From: the human T2T-CHM13v2.0 reference genome, Homo sapiens
Strand: one strand, 5' to 3'
DNA length: 64,000 nucleotides
NCBI RefSeq assembly: GCF_009914755.1
Contig: NC_060927.1
Shown: positions 1 through 12,400 of the stretch, in pieces
How positions within the stretch are numbered: position 1 is the first letter of the stretch
Layout: every line of letters begins with the position of its first letter
Translations under genes and position numbers: made by a program
The notes under the pieces: model-generated
The model's input: only the letters and a program-made list of their open reading frames with translations
What the model was told of the DNA's origin: nothing
Database searches by the model: none

Positions 1-426
1 TACACATGCATGCTACCTGGACCTATGCTCCTGCCCACTGTTTCCAGGTACAACCTATGGCAGTTTTTCTTAGTTTGTTCTCCTTTATGAAGTCCCATTC
101 TCTTTTTCAGTTGATGAGCTAGCATCCTAGTTTAATAAAAGGATCTACACCATGCAGTGTGGTAAGCTTATTAGCTCTCATCTCCTCTAATATCTCTGAA
201 TTTTCATTATTTTATTTCCTCAGGATATATCTTTTCCCATGTTCCCTTCGTATCTTGAAGGTTATTCTCTCTACTTCTCTTTATCTTCCTTTGGTTTCAT
301 CAGGGATACTTTCTCTGTAGCTGATAGCATATCAATTTCTAATAGTACTAGATTAATCATCACCACATACCTTTTTTTTTTTGTCCCGCATTCAACTCCT
401 GCCCTTCAAAAATCTTTTCAGATGGT

Positions 427-667
427 GTATCTTAAAGTGTGTTTCATACTGGAACTTCAAGATGCATCTCAAAAAAAGTTCCTCAGTCAAGTAAGTTTAG
501 GAAACACTGAAAACTATATATTCTATTTTCAAACTCGCAAGTGTACACAGGATATTAAGGTGCTGGAAGCCTAATCTTTGTCCAGGCTTACCGGATTACA
601 GACTCCCCCATCCTCCTTTTTAATGGAACACTTATTTAACCTCAGAATATGCTTCGGGAAAAGATGC
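427..667 (+). mobile_element. hAT-Charlie MITE remnant, MER103-like
   Basis: aaagtgtgtttc...gatgcatctcaaaaaaagttcctcagtcaagtaagtttaggaaacactg...gatattaaggtgctggaag follows my recollection of this consensus. Subfamily name uncertain. Confidence 0.5.
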
Positions 668-2916
668 TTTAAGGGATTCCCCTGGTTCCAAACTCTTAAG
701 CCTGGGCTCGGAAATTCACTGACTCCCTATCAAATGAGTCCTCTCAGATTTCCTTTCCATTAATACTCCACATGGTCTAAACTGGTTAACTTATAGGGTG
801 TCAGAAAGACTAAGCACATTTCTATCTCTGAGCTACTGTATATACCAGTTTGGCTGCTTGGAATACCTTTATCACCTTTCAAAAAATTATATAGGACTTT
901 TTTCTCCTTCAGGGTCCATATATAAAAATGTATCCTTTATGAAATTTTCCCTTGTGAAGACTGCTTTAGCCCATAATGTTTTCTGCCACTTTTTAAGTAC
1001 TTCAATAAATGGTTATGGTTTACTGCCTGTTTGCTATATTATTAGCGAGGGTGTACATCCTCTTGGGTAGGAACCTTGTTTTATACACTACAGAGACCCC
1101 AGCTTTTTGAGCACAGTAGGATGTTATAACCATGTCATCGGTTAATATAAACAGAAATGGATGGCATTAAGACATGATGGTTTAAAACCCAATTTCTGTA
1201 GCTATTGGAATAGTTTAAGATGCTAACAGCCCAGGTGAAATGTTCCATCACAATATTGGGAAGAAACACTACCCGCCATCACTGCCATTGCCCTGAAAAT
1301 GATACCATGTGTGTCTAAGGATGTGGATAAAGGCTAGATACAGAAGAGCAAAGGCAGCTCCGTTCTTAGGTGAAAGTAAGAATTTGCATTAGTTAACACC
1401 AAATGGCGATAAGATTAAAATAATCTAGGAACATCAAGTGATCCATGAAAGGAATCACTGGAATATACCAATGGTAAAATTACCATTCATAATCATTAAA
1501 TCATGGTAACTTGATGAAAAGAAAAAGGATATTTTCCTACTTAAGGAAGTCAGGGTAAGTATTGTCTGAGGTTCCACTGTGTGCTATTGTGCCTGGTATA
1601 CAGAATGTGTAGCAACTATTTACAGAATCTGCTACTGCCTTCTAGTCACATTCCAAATTCTATCTCTTTGAATCAGTCTGGAGACACAATACATTGGTGA
1701 ATTCAAGGCAGCTTGGCAACGACTGGCACAACATAAAACCCCAAATAATGAATTCCATCTTTCCCATAAAGCTCTTTTATTGACACAACATACAACAGCG
1801 CAGGGCAGGTTGTCTCGGGCTAGTGTGTAATAACTAGATGTTAAGGGGCCCTGAGTTTTTCAGATTAGATGTTATCTGAAGTTGGGACTCAGCAGGTTCC
1901 CTAACAGTGAATTTTTAGTGGGCCTACGACTAGAAGTTTGGTCTCTTGATGCTTAGTCAGGGAGTTTTATTATGTGAGAGAGAAAAGTATAGCTTTCTTT
2001 CTTAAAACTGCAGCAATTTCATATTTTAGCAGAAGAGAAAGTGCATTTTATTAGAGTATAACCTGTGGAGTATTTTGCTACCTTCCTGGATATAAAGCGG
2101 TATACAAACAAAAAATTTAATAAAAAGCTATTTTATAAATAAGAATGTTTACTTGTGTTTACCTTAAAATAGGTATAGCTTGTATTATTTAACATGTGAA
2201 ATAGAAGGATAATGGTAAAATTTCATAAATATAAAATTCTGTGTCCGTCTTCAGTTAAAATTCGTAACAGTGTATCAGAGTGTTGGTTATTAGTAGTAAT
2301 CAATAATAAGTATTTTTTAAATTGGAATTTTTATTGCAGGAGATTATTGGGTGGGTGAAGCTAAATGGCCTAGATGTTTTCCTGTCATGTCAATACTTAA
2401 GAATTGTCTTTCTGGGCAATTTACACATGTGAGAGTGAAAATGAAGGGTGGCCTGCCTATTGGGTGTGTAACAGGCCACCGGGGCAAGACTGCTATTTTC
2501 TGAGAGCCATGGGCAGTTTCTGCAATAAAGTATCTGAGTTTCTTCTTTTTGTAGTAAAAATAAATAGTTTACTTTTATGTTCTGGGTGAAGCCTGAGATC
2601 TCTGGATCTCTTTGCTGGATTTCACTCTTGGTGGGGGCAGGGAGATACTATTGGCAATGCTTTATATATATTGACCTAGACATGTTAAAGATTATGTGGT
2701 ACTTTCATGAACACTCTAAAAATGAGTTCTCCCTATCATGAGTTGCATAGATGAGGAGATTGAGGTGGATGGGGTGAAGAGGAAGGAAAGGGCAGTTTAA
2801 GCGGGCTAGCTAATGAGTAGTAGAACTTAATCTAAAACCAAGATTTTCAGCAGAAAATGCTTTTTTTCCCCAAAAAATGCCATGGTTGTCAACAAGCTTT
2901 GTAGCAAATCTGGGGC

Positions 2917-3185
2917 AGAGCACTAGATGGAGAATCAGAAGATCTGCCTTGTCTTCCTGGATCTGGTAAGAACCAGCCGTGTGACCATGGCCAAGTCACT
3001 AACTTTTGTGAGTCTTATTGTTCTCACTTATAAAGTCATGAGCAAGGAATCAATGAATGGCATAATACTTGTAAGCTGTAAAATCTCTCTCTTGTAAAAT
3101 GGTATTGACAATAATGTATGCTTTGCCTATCTTATAAAGTTGTGAGGCTAAAATAAGCTGATCCATGTGGAAGTGCTTTGTATAG
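2917..3185 (+). mobile_element. MIR SINE (fragmented)
   Basis: Core cagccgtgtgaccatggccaagtcactaac and 3' part tgtaaaatgg...gttgtgaggctaaaataagctgatccatgtggaagtgcttt. Confidence 0.75.
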
Positions 3186-3877
3186 TGTGGAGTACTGAAT
3201 CAATGTTGTCTGGAAGATTTAGGAAAGGGTCCCGAATGTGTGTGGGAACTGACAGCCAGTCCACTTCCATTCAGGTTTTAGGAGAAGCTATAATAAAGCA
3301 CTGGCAGCAGCTCAAATCCCACTCCATCCTCTCCTCTCCCAGCACGCTGCAGAGAATCACTTGAGGAAAGTTACTTGAGTGGGTGAGCCAAATGCTCAAG
3401 TTCCAACCTTTCTGAGTAGAAGCCACAGTGAATCCTGAGCCACAACACAGGTGACAATCACTGTTCCTCCAGGTGTGTCTGAAACACTGGGGGACCCTAG
3501 GGAAGGAGGTCAGACGTCACTGCTCCTGAGGACCCGTTTTCTCCTGTACACAGCTCCAGCCCACATGATTTCACCTGGCAGCCCCAAGAGACAAAAAGGA
3601 TCCAGAATTAGCAGGAGCCTCCTCTCCTGATAACCTAAGTGCTCTGATTGAAAGGCAGAGGGTATCAGGAGAATGGCTGTACCGAGTCGGCATTGATTTC
3701 TCCAGCCTTTGTCTGTGTCTGGTTTCTGTCTCGTTTGGAGGTGGTTACTGTTACTACAAGCAGCATGAATCATGTCTCTGTTAAAAAACAGAGCTTCAAT
3801 TGTCTTACATAACCCCTGGTAACTGAACGTCTAATAATAGCAAGCCATTTCCAGGTAGGGAATCTGTCTACCTCCCA

Positions 3878-3878
<1 letters not shown>

Positions 3879-3930
<52 letters not shown>
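3879..3930. repeat. (AC)26 microsatellite
   Basis: Perfect AC dinucleotide run read directly. Confidence 0.98.
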
Positions 3931-3932
<2 letters not shown>

Positions 3933-4466
3933 CTCCCAATGCTTCACAGCACAGTGAGACAGACAGGGAGGAGACAGAAGGAGAAAGGGGACAGCACAAT
4001 TGAATTTTTTTGTGTTTTAAAATATATTGAATAATCATGCATCATGGGATCTGATAACCAATATACTTAGCTGAGCTAGTTTAATAAACTGTAGAAAACA
4101 AGAATTCTTCTTTAAAGTATTTGAAAGTATCCCAATCCATACCAGACAGACACCTTCTCTAACACTCTTATACTGCATAAAAACCCCAAACCCCCAAAAC
4201 AGAGTGGGGTGAAAATTTCACTGGATTGTCTGCTAGCTTGTACCAACTAGCTTCAACTTTCAAAGGATTTTTTTTGTCCTCTTTTTTGTTTGACCAGAGA
4301 GTGATATTCCAAAGGTTCTTGGCCGAGATCATTTCATAAAATTCCAGAGAGTGAAAGGCAACTGAAAACATGGCTGCAGTGTTCCACCATGCAGACTATG
4401 TAATGTCAGGCACTTTTGCCCGAGCCACTTTCTTTGACGGAGATGACTTTCCATCTGAGGACTTAC

Positions 4467-4556
4467 ATTTTTCCCATGAGTACACTCTCTGGCTTGTAAT
4501 ACATGATGAGGTCTTTTTATACTTGATCCCCACTCAGCTACCCATTAAGGTGGCTA
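4467..4556 (-). other. Candidate 90-nt non-coding cassette exon with NAGNAG acceptor
   Basis: Minus strand reads ...tttttttatttcag|TAGCCACC...GGAAAAAT|gtaagt. All three frames contain stops. Confidence 0.5.
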
Positions 4557-5712
4557 CTGAAATAAAAAAAAATAATAGGAGAGGCTGAAAAATGATTTTT
4601 GAAAAATCACAAAGGTAGGTTTTTCTTTAAACTACCAATTTGTTTGAGAACAAATACAAATGCTGGATAGGAAGTTTAAAAGTTTATGGGGAATAATAAT
4701 ATAAATGTATAACATATATACGTCCATTTCCTCACTGCTTCACCTTGCCCATGCTAGGAAAAATCACTTAAAGGCTGTATTTTTTGAGTGTGCATTCTCA
4801 GAGTGAAGTAGCTGTACATATCATGTAAATTGGACTGGGGAAGGACTTCGCAGAAAATTACAGATGGCAATCACATCCTGCCAGTCATTTGGTCTAGAAC
4901 CAGAGAAGAAAAACTTTCTTTTCTCTTTTGATTGTTCAGTAACATGAAACAGTGGACTAGACTAGTTCAAACCAAAGAATGTTTTAGGGCACACCCACTT
5001 TGAGGACCAGCACCTGGCTATGCTACATGCTCTTCAATTGTTTAGGCATATAAAAAGGAGTGATGAGATGGTTATATGTCAAAATGGCTGTTCTCCCTCC
5101 AAACAGGATTTGATTGGCTTATTTGCTTTTGGAGTACTCTCCAAATCCATAAACAAAGGAGTATTGAATTGAAGAAGCAAACAGGAGAAAGAAAAAGGCT
5201 AAAAAGGAAAAGAGAGAAGAAGAGGAAGGAAAAATACTAATTTCTCAGTATTCCTATCTGCAAATCTGGCTGGATTTGATAACAAAACTCCTACTACTGT
5301 TCTCTAATGGTCTTTGCTGCATGCCATATGGACATGGCTTCTAAAGGGGATGAATTCTAGGTTTTCCTCACAAATATCCAAGCACAGAACAGCAGGGATC
5401 TTGACGACTAAATCATCCTAACTCACGACGAGGATCACAGAGGTGGAACATGGCTGTTGGGACTAGATTCTTCTGCTTATTTCATGTGCTTTGTGAATTA
5501 AATTGTTCGTAGAGTTGGAAAGCTGGTGGACTAAATGTTTTAATAAAAACAGCCATGAGACACAACAGTTTTCTTCACAAAGGCTTTCCCCCCTAGCTAC
5601 TGTGAATATATTGCTGAATGGTTCTGACTTCTGGAAGGGCAGGAGGTTTGCCTCTTCTCTTTGCCTCAAAAACCAGGCTTATTCTATGCATCTGGGAGAT
5701 GATTATACTTAC

Positions 5713-5767
5713 CCGAAATTTCAGGATACTATGTCAGACAGTTCCTTCACAGTGGTGTGTCTGGCAC
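5713..5767 (-). other. Candidate 55-nt exon
   Basis: Minus strand reads gtccttgcttag|GTGCCAG...TTTCGG|gtaagt. Confidence 0.3.
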
Positions 5768-6654
5768 CTAAGCAAGGACTTGGTGGGCCAGACACATTTA
5801 AAATGTAAAAGTGGATGATTATATTATTTTGCATTGTAACAATGAGAGTATTTCTGGATTGTAGCTGACGTGTAGATCATCATAACCATATGTGGCACAA
5901 CAAACCACACAACATTGCATCAGAAGCTTGTAGTTAATATTTTTAAATGATTGATTATTTTGAAATAGAGAAATGGTGGATGCTTTTTTCGACCTCTTTA
6001 AATAACCACTTATTGAATGTCTATTGTCAGTGATGGACTCTTTCTTCACAGAAGGGAGCTGGGCTATGCCAGACTCTCACCATGTTCTTTCTCCTCTAAC
6101 ACTGAACAAAATATCAGTAAAACACCAAGTACAGCTGGTTTTGAACCTAGTAAGAAATCAGTCTGTAGTAATGGGCCATATTGGTAATAATTGGAACTGG
6201 TGATATCGATAGCAGTGGGAATAACTGACTTACAAAGGCACAGCAGTTCAGGAACGTCTCAGGGACTCAGAGTGGGTAAATGCGTAAATCTGCTCTCACC
6301 TATTTATATGCTCCAACAAATATCTGGAACTCTAGAAACTTCAAGAGTCTAATATGATCAGGCCACGTTTATAGGTATTATAGGATTCATATAAAATAAG
6401 GAGGCATACATGTTGATCTAGTGAGCGTCTCCATATTTGTACAACACTCAGGATATGTCTGAGAACACATTTTAATTTTTAGAATCAGCTATAGAATCTG
6501 GCAGTTATTATAAAGCAAACTTCACTTCAAAAAAATTAACTGAGAAGCCAGATGATAATCCAGATATACAAAACAACATTGGTGGGATAAGTCAAATAAT
6601 TCTCTAAAATGATTATGGAGAAACTGAAGAAATGAAGGGCACCTATTTATCATA

Positions 6655-6805
6655 TGTGGGTCCCCAGCCACGTTTGTAATCTGTTGTGTGACCTTGGGCA
6701 AGTCATGAAACTTCTCTCGAGTCTCATTTTTCTCATATATAATGTGGGAGTGTTAGATTAGATGGTTTTTAAGATTCTTTCCAGTAATAACATTTGATGA
6801 TTCTA
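6655..6805 (+). mobile_element. MIR3 SINE
   Basis: Core tgtgtgaccttgggcaagtca plus MIR3 tail gattagatggtttttaagattctttccag...tgattcta. Confidence 0.85.
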
Positions 6806-9474
6806 AAGTAAGAAGAGATGAAAGAGTAATTCCTCTTTCCTCTTGTTTTGGTAAATACTTGCTTTCTCCTGCTCCGTGCCTATGCAGTTTGCAGTGAGTA
6901 TTAGGTTTCTGGACTCAAGAAGTCAAATAGTAAATACTGAAGCTATTTTTCCTTGTACACATGGACAAATCATAGGGGAATAATCCTTCCTTTCTTTGTA
7001 TATCAGTGTCTCTTCTCAAATCAGACTTATGCCTAAGGTAATCACGATCATTCTGGTACTAATAAAGATTTTTCCTCATCCTTCCCACAAGGCCCTCACC
7101 CATGCTCATGAAAGCTTATGTGATTGGGTTATTTCTATATTTATGTCTTGGCTATTTTTTCTCTTTCAACTTGTTTATGAAGTCCCTGGTAAGCATAAAG
7201 CTGCAAAAACAAAAACAAACAAATAAAACAAAACAGCTCTGTTTGAATAATTTACTTCAGTTGAAGCAGTATAAGAAAACATCCTAACGCCGAGGGGAAG
7301 AAAACAGGTCATAAAAATACCCTGGTATCTTAGAAAAGACTAAATAAAAGCTTATATCAATAATAGTTTCATATGTTATTGTCTTTCATTTTCAAAGAGA
7401 ATGGTACATATTGGCTTTATAGTCTGGTGTACAGACGTGGCTATTTTTCCCCATAGCTCTCAGGTCAGTGCATCCTCAAAGCCAAGAAGGCCCAGAGCCT
7501 GCCGAGCTAGCTTTACATAAACAAAGGAGCTACACAGAAAACCCAATACCCGGAGCTTATATCATATCCTGACTAGGCACTCTGGTTACCCATGACTCGC
7601 TCTTTTCCATCTGTGCCCTGATTCTCTGCTGGTTTAATTCCCTTCACCTAGAATGCCCTCAGTTTGCCTCCTTTTACTGCTCAGAATTCCCTCTGGACAC
7701 AACTCACGACTAGCATAAGCCCCATTTCCAAGAAGCAGCTTAGTTTGACCCAACTTAGTTTGACCCAGCGAAAATTTTCATGGATAGCAAGTGAAAATTA
7801 GTCCTTGTGATAACTGGAGTCACTGAAACCAGGTATCTAGGAAGCACTCAGAGAATACCAGAGAAAAACTTTCAAGGGTTGCAGTGTCCTCATAGGAGGA
7901 AAAAAAAAATCCTAGCTTTAAGAACAAGCCCAATATAGAAGCTGTGGTATGTAAGAGAAAAGTTGTAGCCATGTACGGGAGGAATTGTGTTAAAACAGTC
8001 TGACTTTTTTTTTCCAATAAAGGAGAAGAGATCCTCTGTTTCTTAAAAGAAGTTTAGTCATTGGATATAGCAACATACAGTGTCATAAAGTTTAATTGCA
8101 TTAATTATGAAGCTAAAATGTCTACATTTTAGTAGAGAGAACATGGGGCATAGCTAAATGGCGAAGACATAGGAATGTGTATACAATTTGAGTTTCACTT
8201 CCTCCAAATCTCTCAGTTAGAGGATCCCTCTCAGTCTGACGGTCTTATCATCAACAGCTTCACAAACTCTGACAACACCTGGCTGGGTTTAAGGGATGGG
8301 CCATGATATATCTTGAGAGTAAAAGATGGAATGAAACTCAGAAATGCTGAATGCTTTTATATATGTATACAATTTTATTTATGTGTATATTTATATATCA
8401 ATATATACAAACATATATATTTGTATGATGTTTGGCAACCTCACTCATGGTATTCCTGTGAAGTAGGCATGTGGTAAACATAATTAGCCCATTAAACAGA
8501 TGGTAGGGCTCTGGCATATCTCACCATATTCTAAAATGGTGGAGCTGTAAGCAGGGACTAAAGAGAGTGTAGTTTGATACATGGCTAACTGCAAATCTCT
8601 GTGAATTGCTACTTTCCTAAAGACAATCTGGGTAGGCTGCATTTGGCTGAGAACTGGGGATAGTTTAGGAAGCTTTAAAAATATACAAAGGGACAACTTT
8701 TCACATTCATTCAGATATAGTATCTTCATTTTTACTTACTAGAGGCATTTTTTTTTAAAAAACAGCTTTTTATCTTAACTCATCTGTGTTCCAAGCAAAC
8801 TTCCAAATTGCTGAGCAGATTAAAAAAAAAAACCCTACATGCCAAGTAGAAACACTGGGTAAATGTTATTTTTTAAAATTGTCTTAACAAAGTGCACTTT
8901 TGGAAAGGATAAAGTTGAAAAGACGTTTGGTACTGTAAACACTTAGCTGTCATTGTAGCACAGTGACCAAATACGTCCAAAAGCACATGTAATGAACTTT
9001 TATCCGACTGAATTATATGACCATGGCATTGCCACTCTATAGTACAGCAGGCTTCAGAGATCCTGTTATTAAATATTCTAGCCTAATTCTTTATCATTTG
9101 AAATAGGATCTAGCAGAAGTGAAAGAGTTACTAAAATTAAGACTTGAATTTACAAGTGTGTTTGAACTGGCTTCAGGAAGACATGAAACATCAATACATC
9201 TGGAGAATAGAACTTGCAATTGACTGTTCTTTACCATCTGGTCTCAAGAACATTTTCTGCTTGGAAGTTGCATAAGCAATGAAAAAACACACAAACAACT
9301 TCCTGTACCATGTTTTTGGTCACTTATAATGACGCATTACAAAGTAAACCAGCTAAATATGAGCAACTGCGCCTTACTCGAGATGACAACATACATTATA
9401 TAACTAAGATCAATGAAAAAGAACATCTTTATTTTAAGAGACCTGGACTTAAAATATTCAAGAATAAACATCCT

Positions 9475-9515
9475 TCCTTCTAAGGTGTTTGTACTCCTTC
9501 TAAGGTGTTTGTACT
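9475..9515. repeat. Perfect 20-bp tandem duplication
   Basis: tccttctaaggtgtttgtac occurs twice head-to-tail. Confidence 0.95.
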
Positions 9516-11639
9516 GAGTAGTTTTGGCTAGACAGGTTTGTAGAGTCACTACTACAAAACAATCCCTATATTTTTTCAAACTGAAAAAGGATATAAAAAA
9601 GCAAGCTATATTGAGGAATAAAATGTTCCATATATTTTAAAATGTTTTTTAATGACATAAACTTGCCTTTTTAAGCAGTAAAATATATTCTAAACATGTT
9701 TTTCATAGAAAACTTTTACATATCTTTGTTTTCTTAAACACAGTATGTTGATGTAATTTAATTTTTTTCTATGATACAGGGTCATCCTTGTGACTATTCA
9801 TTGTTCCTGTTTTACAGGAATACACTTTTCTTACTTGTGGTGAGAACTGGCCTCATCCCTTGGCTCAGCCTAACGGCCACAGACTGAGCTATAGCCCACT
9901 AGCCACTGCCATAGCCAACTGGCGTCACTGTCCCAGTTTTTCAGACCCATCGCCTCTAAATCCTCTCTGCTAAATGTATTTTCTAATGTGCTTTGGATTA
10001 GAAAATCAAATAAATAAGAACTGTAGAGACAATACTGCTTGAATGCAGGGTTTGGTAGAAGATTTGGGGGAAACTCATTTGGACACTTGAAGGTCTTCAG
10101 TTACTTCTTTGCTCAGGGTTGTAACTCAGAGATCTGAACTACCAGAAAGTGGATTTTGAGGTATTATTGTGTAACACAGAGTGAAACATTTATGCACTTT
10201 TATTGCAAGGCTTCTTATTTTAAACAGGGTTGTCCAGAAATCCATTCTTGATTACTTTACTTGATAGGTCTCTGATCCATTATATTTCACTCCCTTGATT
10301 TCCTCCAGCAATGTAACTAACATAATGACAATTGGGAAGTAAAGAAATAGCACATTTTTAGGATAAGGTGAGAGAGTCTTGGTAACTGACTTCATCATAG
10401 TGATGGAGGCAAAAATATACAGTCAAGTTAGAAAACTTCCCTGGACTGCTAATGGGAACTCTGGCCTGACTAGACACTGGGAAAACATTAAAAACTGTGA
10501 AGTTATTTACATTAATTTTCAGTGTTCAGAGAAGTAACATCTGATCATCTTTTTTCCTCTTCTCCAAAAGGAGAAGTCAGAATAATTCACAATCTGTGAT
10601 AGGATAGGGATTGTATCGAAATTTGCCTTTTTATTACCTCTGAAAATAGGATTTCTAAGCAAACTAATAACCTTAAAACTGTTGGGAGGAAGGATGGGGG
10701 AAACCAAATGTAACCTATATGAGGGGGGGGAAACATCTTTAACTACTTTAACATACACACATCTGATAAGTTACTGAAAATTCTTATTTATTTTGAAGTT
10801 AGTGCTGAAGAAACTCTATCTGTTAAAACTTAGAAATCTCAGTTCAAAGTACATGGAAATATTCCATGATCACGTTTTCAGCTCATTCTAGTCGTCTGTC
10901 TCCCAGTTTATTTGAACTGATGAAATTTTACAAAATAAACTTCTTTAGCTTTCTAGAGTTACGTTTTTACCCATGTAATCTATTTGTTAATTTTTGTAGC
11001 ATGCTTATATGATAAAAAATACTATGTAAGTACTGAGTTTGCTTGTTATGGATTATTTCTGGATACAGAGAATTTGCAAGAAACTTCAGTTTACAGCAGC
11101 CAAGGTTACTGCAGACTAAAGCAGAAGTTCAGGCATAAACTTGTCTTCTACCAGTTTTCCACAACTTTGCTGTTGACAGCATCTGAGGACATGGTTGATG
11201 AGTTCTGAAAATCATTCACAACATTGCTAATGTTTAGGAATCTTATAGCTTTGCCGGACCTTTCCATAATCACGAGAGAAAACCTTTGACGAAATTAGAA
11301 CAAGTCCTCATACCCTCCCTTCCTTTCTTCTAGTGATTTTTTTTTTTGTATTGGAACAATCGAAAGATTCAATGTTTTTAAATTCCATAGAAGACTAACG
11401 ATTGAATAATTTTCTCACATCTCTGTTTGCACTTTCGCAGTCTGGTTGCATTGATTTGTGTCTCACAAGTAGACATTTCCTTTGTTGGTCACAAATCAAT
11501 GCTACAGAACAAACCTGCCAGCACATTCCACCCCCACCCCCAATTTTTTGCAGTTTAAAAACAAAGCACATTTATATACTTTTTCTTTTAAAAATTACTT
11601 TCATTGGTTAGTAATACACTAAAAGAAGACAAAGCCTCA

Positions 11640-11932
11640 GAGTTAAAAATCCCCGGGAGAAGGAGCTCCTCTCTAGCTGGTCTCTGATTCTCTCACACTG
11701 CCTGGAGCAAAGAACTGCCTAGTGGGAGAGCAGCGCTCGTCCGCCGTCCGCTCCTGGTGTGCTCTGTTAACCCAATTAAGGTCCTCGCCTTCATACATCA
11801 CAAAGCTGCCCAAAGCAACACACTGTGATGTCACAGTCAGATATGATTTCATGGCAGGAAAAAACCAAAAAGGCAGAAAAGGTTGAACGTACTCTGCTTT
11901 TATTCAAATCTTCTAAGAGGGGGAAAAAGGGA

Positions 11933-11963
<31 letters not shown>

Positions 11964-12400
11964 CTGAGAGAAAAAGAGCACAAGCTTTCTGACGTGAATG
12001 TGAAAACTCCGTTCTGAAGATACCCTGGTGCTTTTACCCCAAGTGGATAAGCATGAATAAAGAAGCACAAAGAAACACTGTCATCAATCAGAATGCTCTT
12101 GCCTACACTTAGCTACAGGTGGAAAGCAAGCAGGCACGATTTGATTTACCTAGATTAAAAGAGCAATTTTCTATCTTCCTTTTTTCCTTTTAAAAATAGC
12201 CAATCGATTTTGGCCTAGCTATTGCTGACTGTACAGGTCCATTTTAATACACCACTGATTAAACGGTATGTTCATGGCTGAAGGCACTACAGCAGGAACA
12301 AACAGAAGCAGCTGAAGGAAGGGGGTGGGGGACAGGCGAGAGCTCCAAAAAACACTCCACGAAGGCCACAACTACTCGGCACTTCCCCCGTAGACAGTTG
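11640..12400 (-). promoter_or_regulatory. Candidate internal promoter/enhancer with local CpG retention
   Basis: CpG cluster cagcgctcgtccgccgtccgc in a CpG-depleted background, CRE-like palindrome actgtgatgtcacagt (11822-11837), T27 tract, and more CpGs at 12335-12390. Confidence 0.5.
11937..11963. repeat. Poly(T)27 tract
   Basis: Read directly; not attached to a recognisable retroposon. Confidence 0.95.

Noticed and set aside
8435-8570. Possible very decayed MIR (similar traces at ~2740, ~40370 and ~43030)
   Set aside because: Similarity too weak to support by eye.
9830-9970. Possible minus-strand exon ending CAA|gtaaga
   Set aside because: The acceptor lacks a pyrimidine tract and the donor is only moderate.
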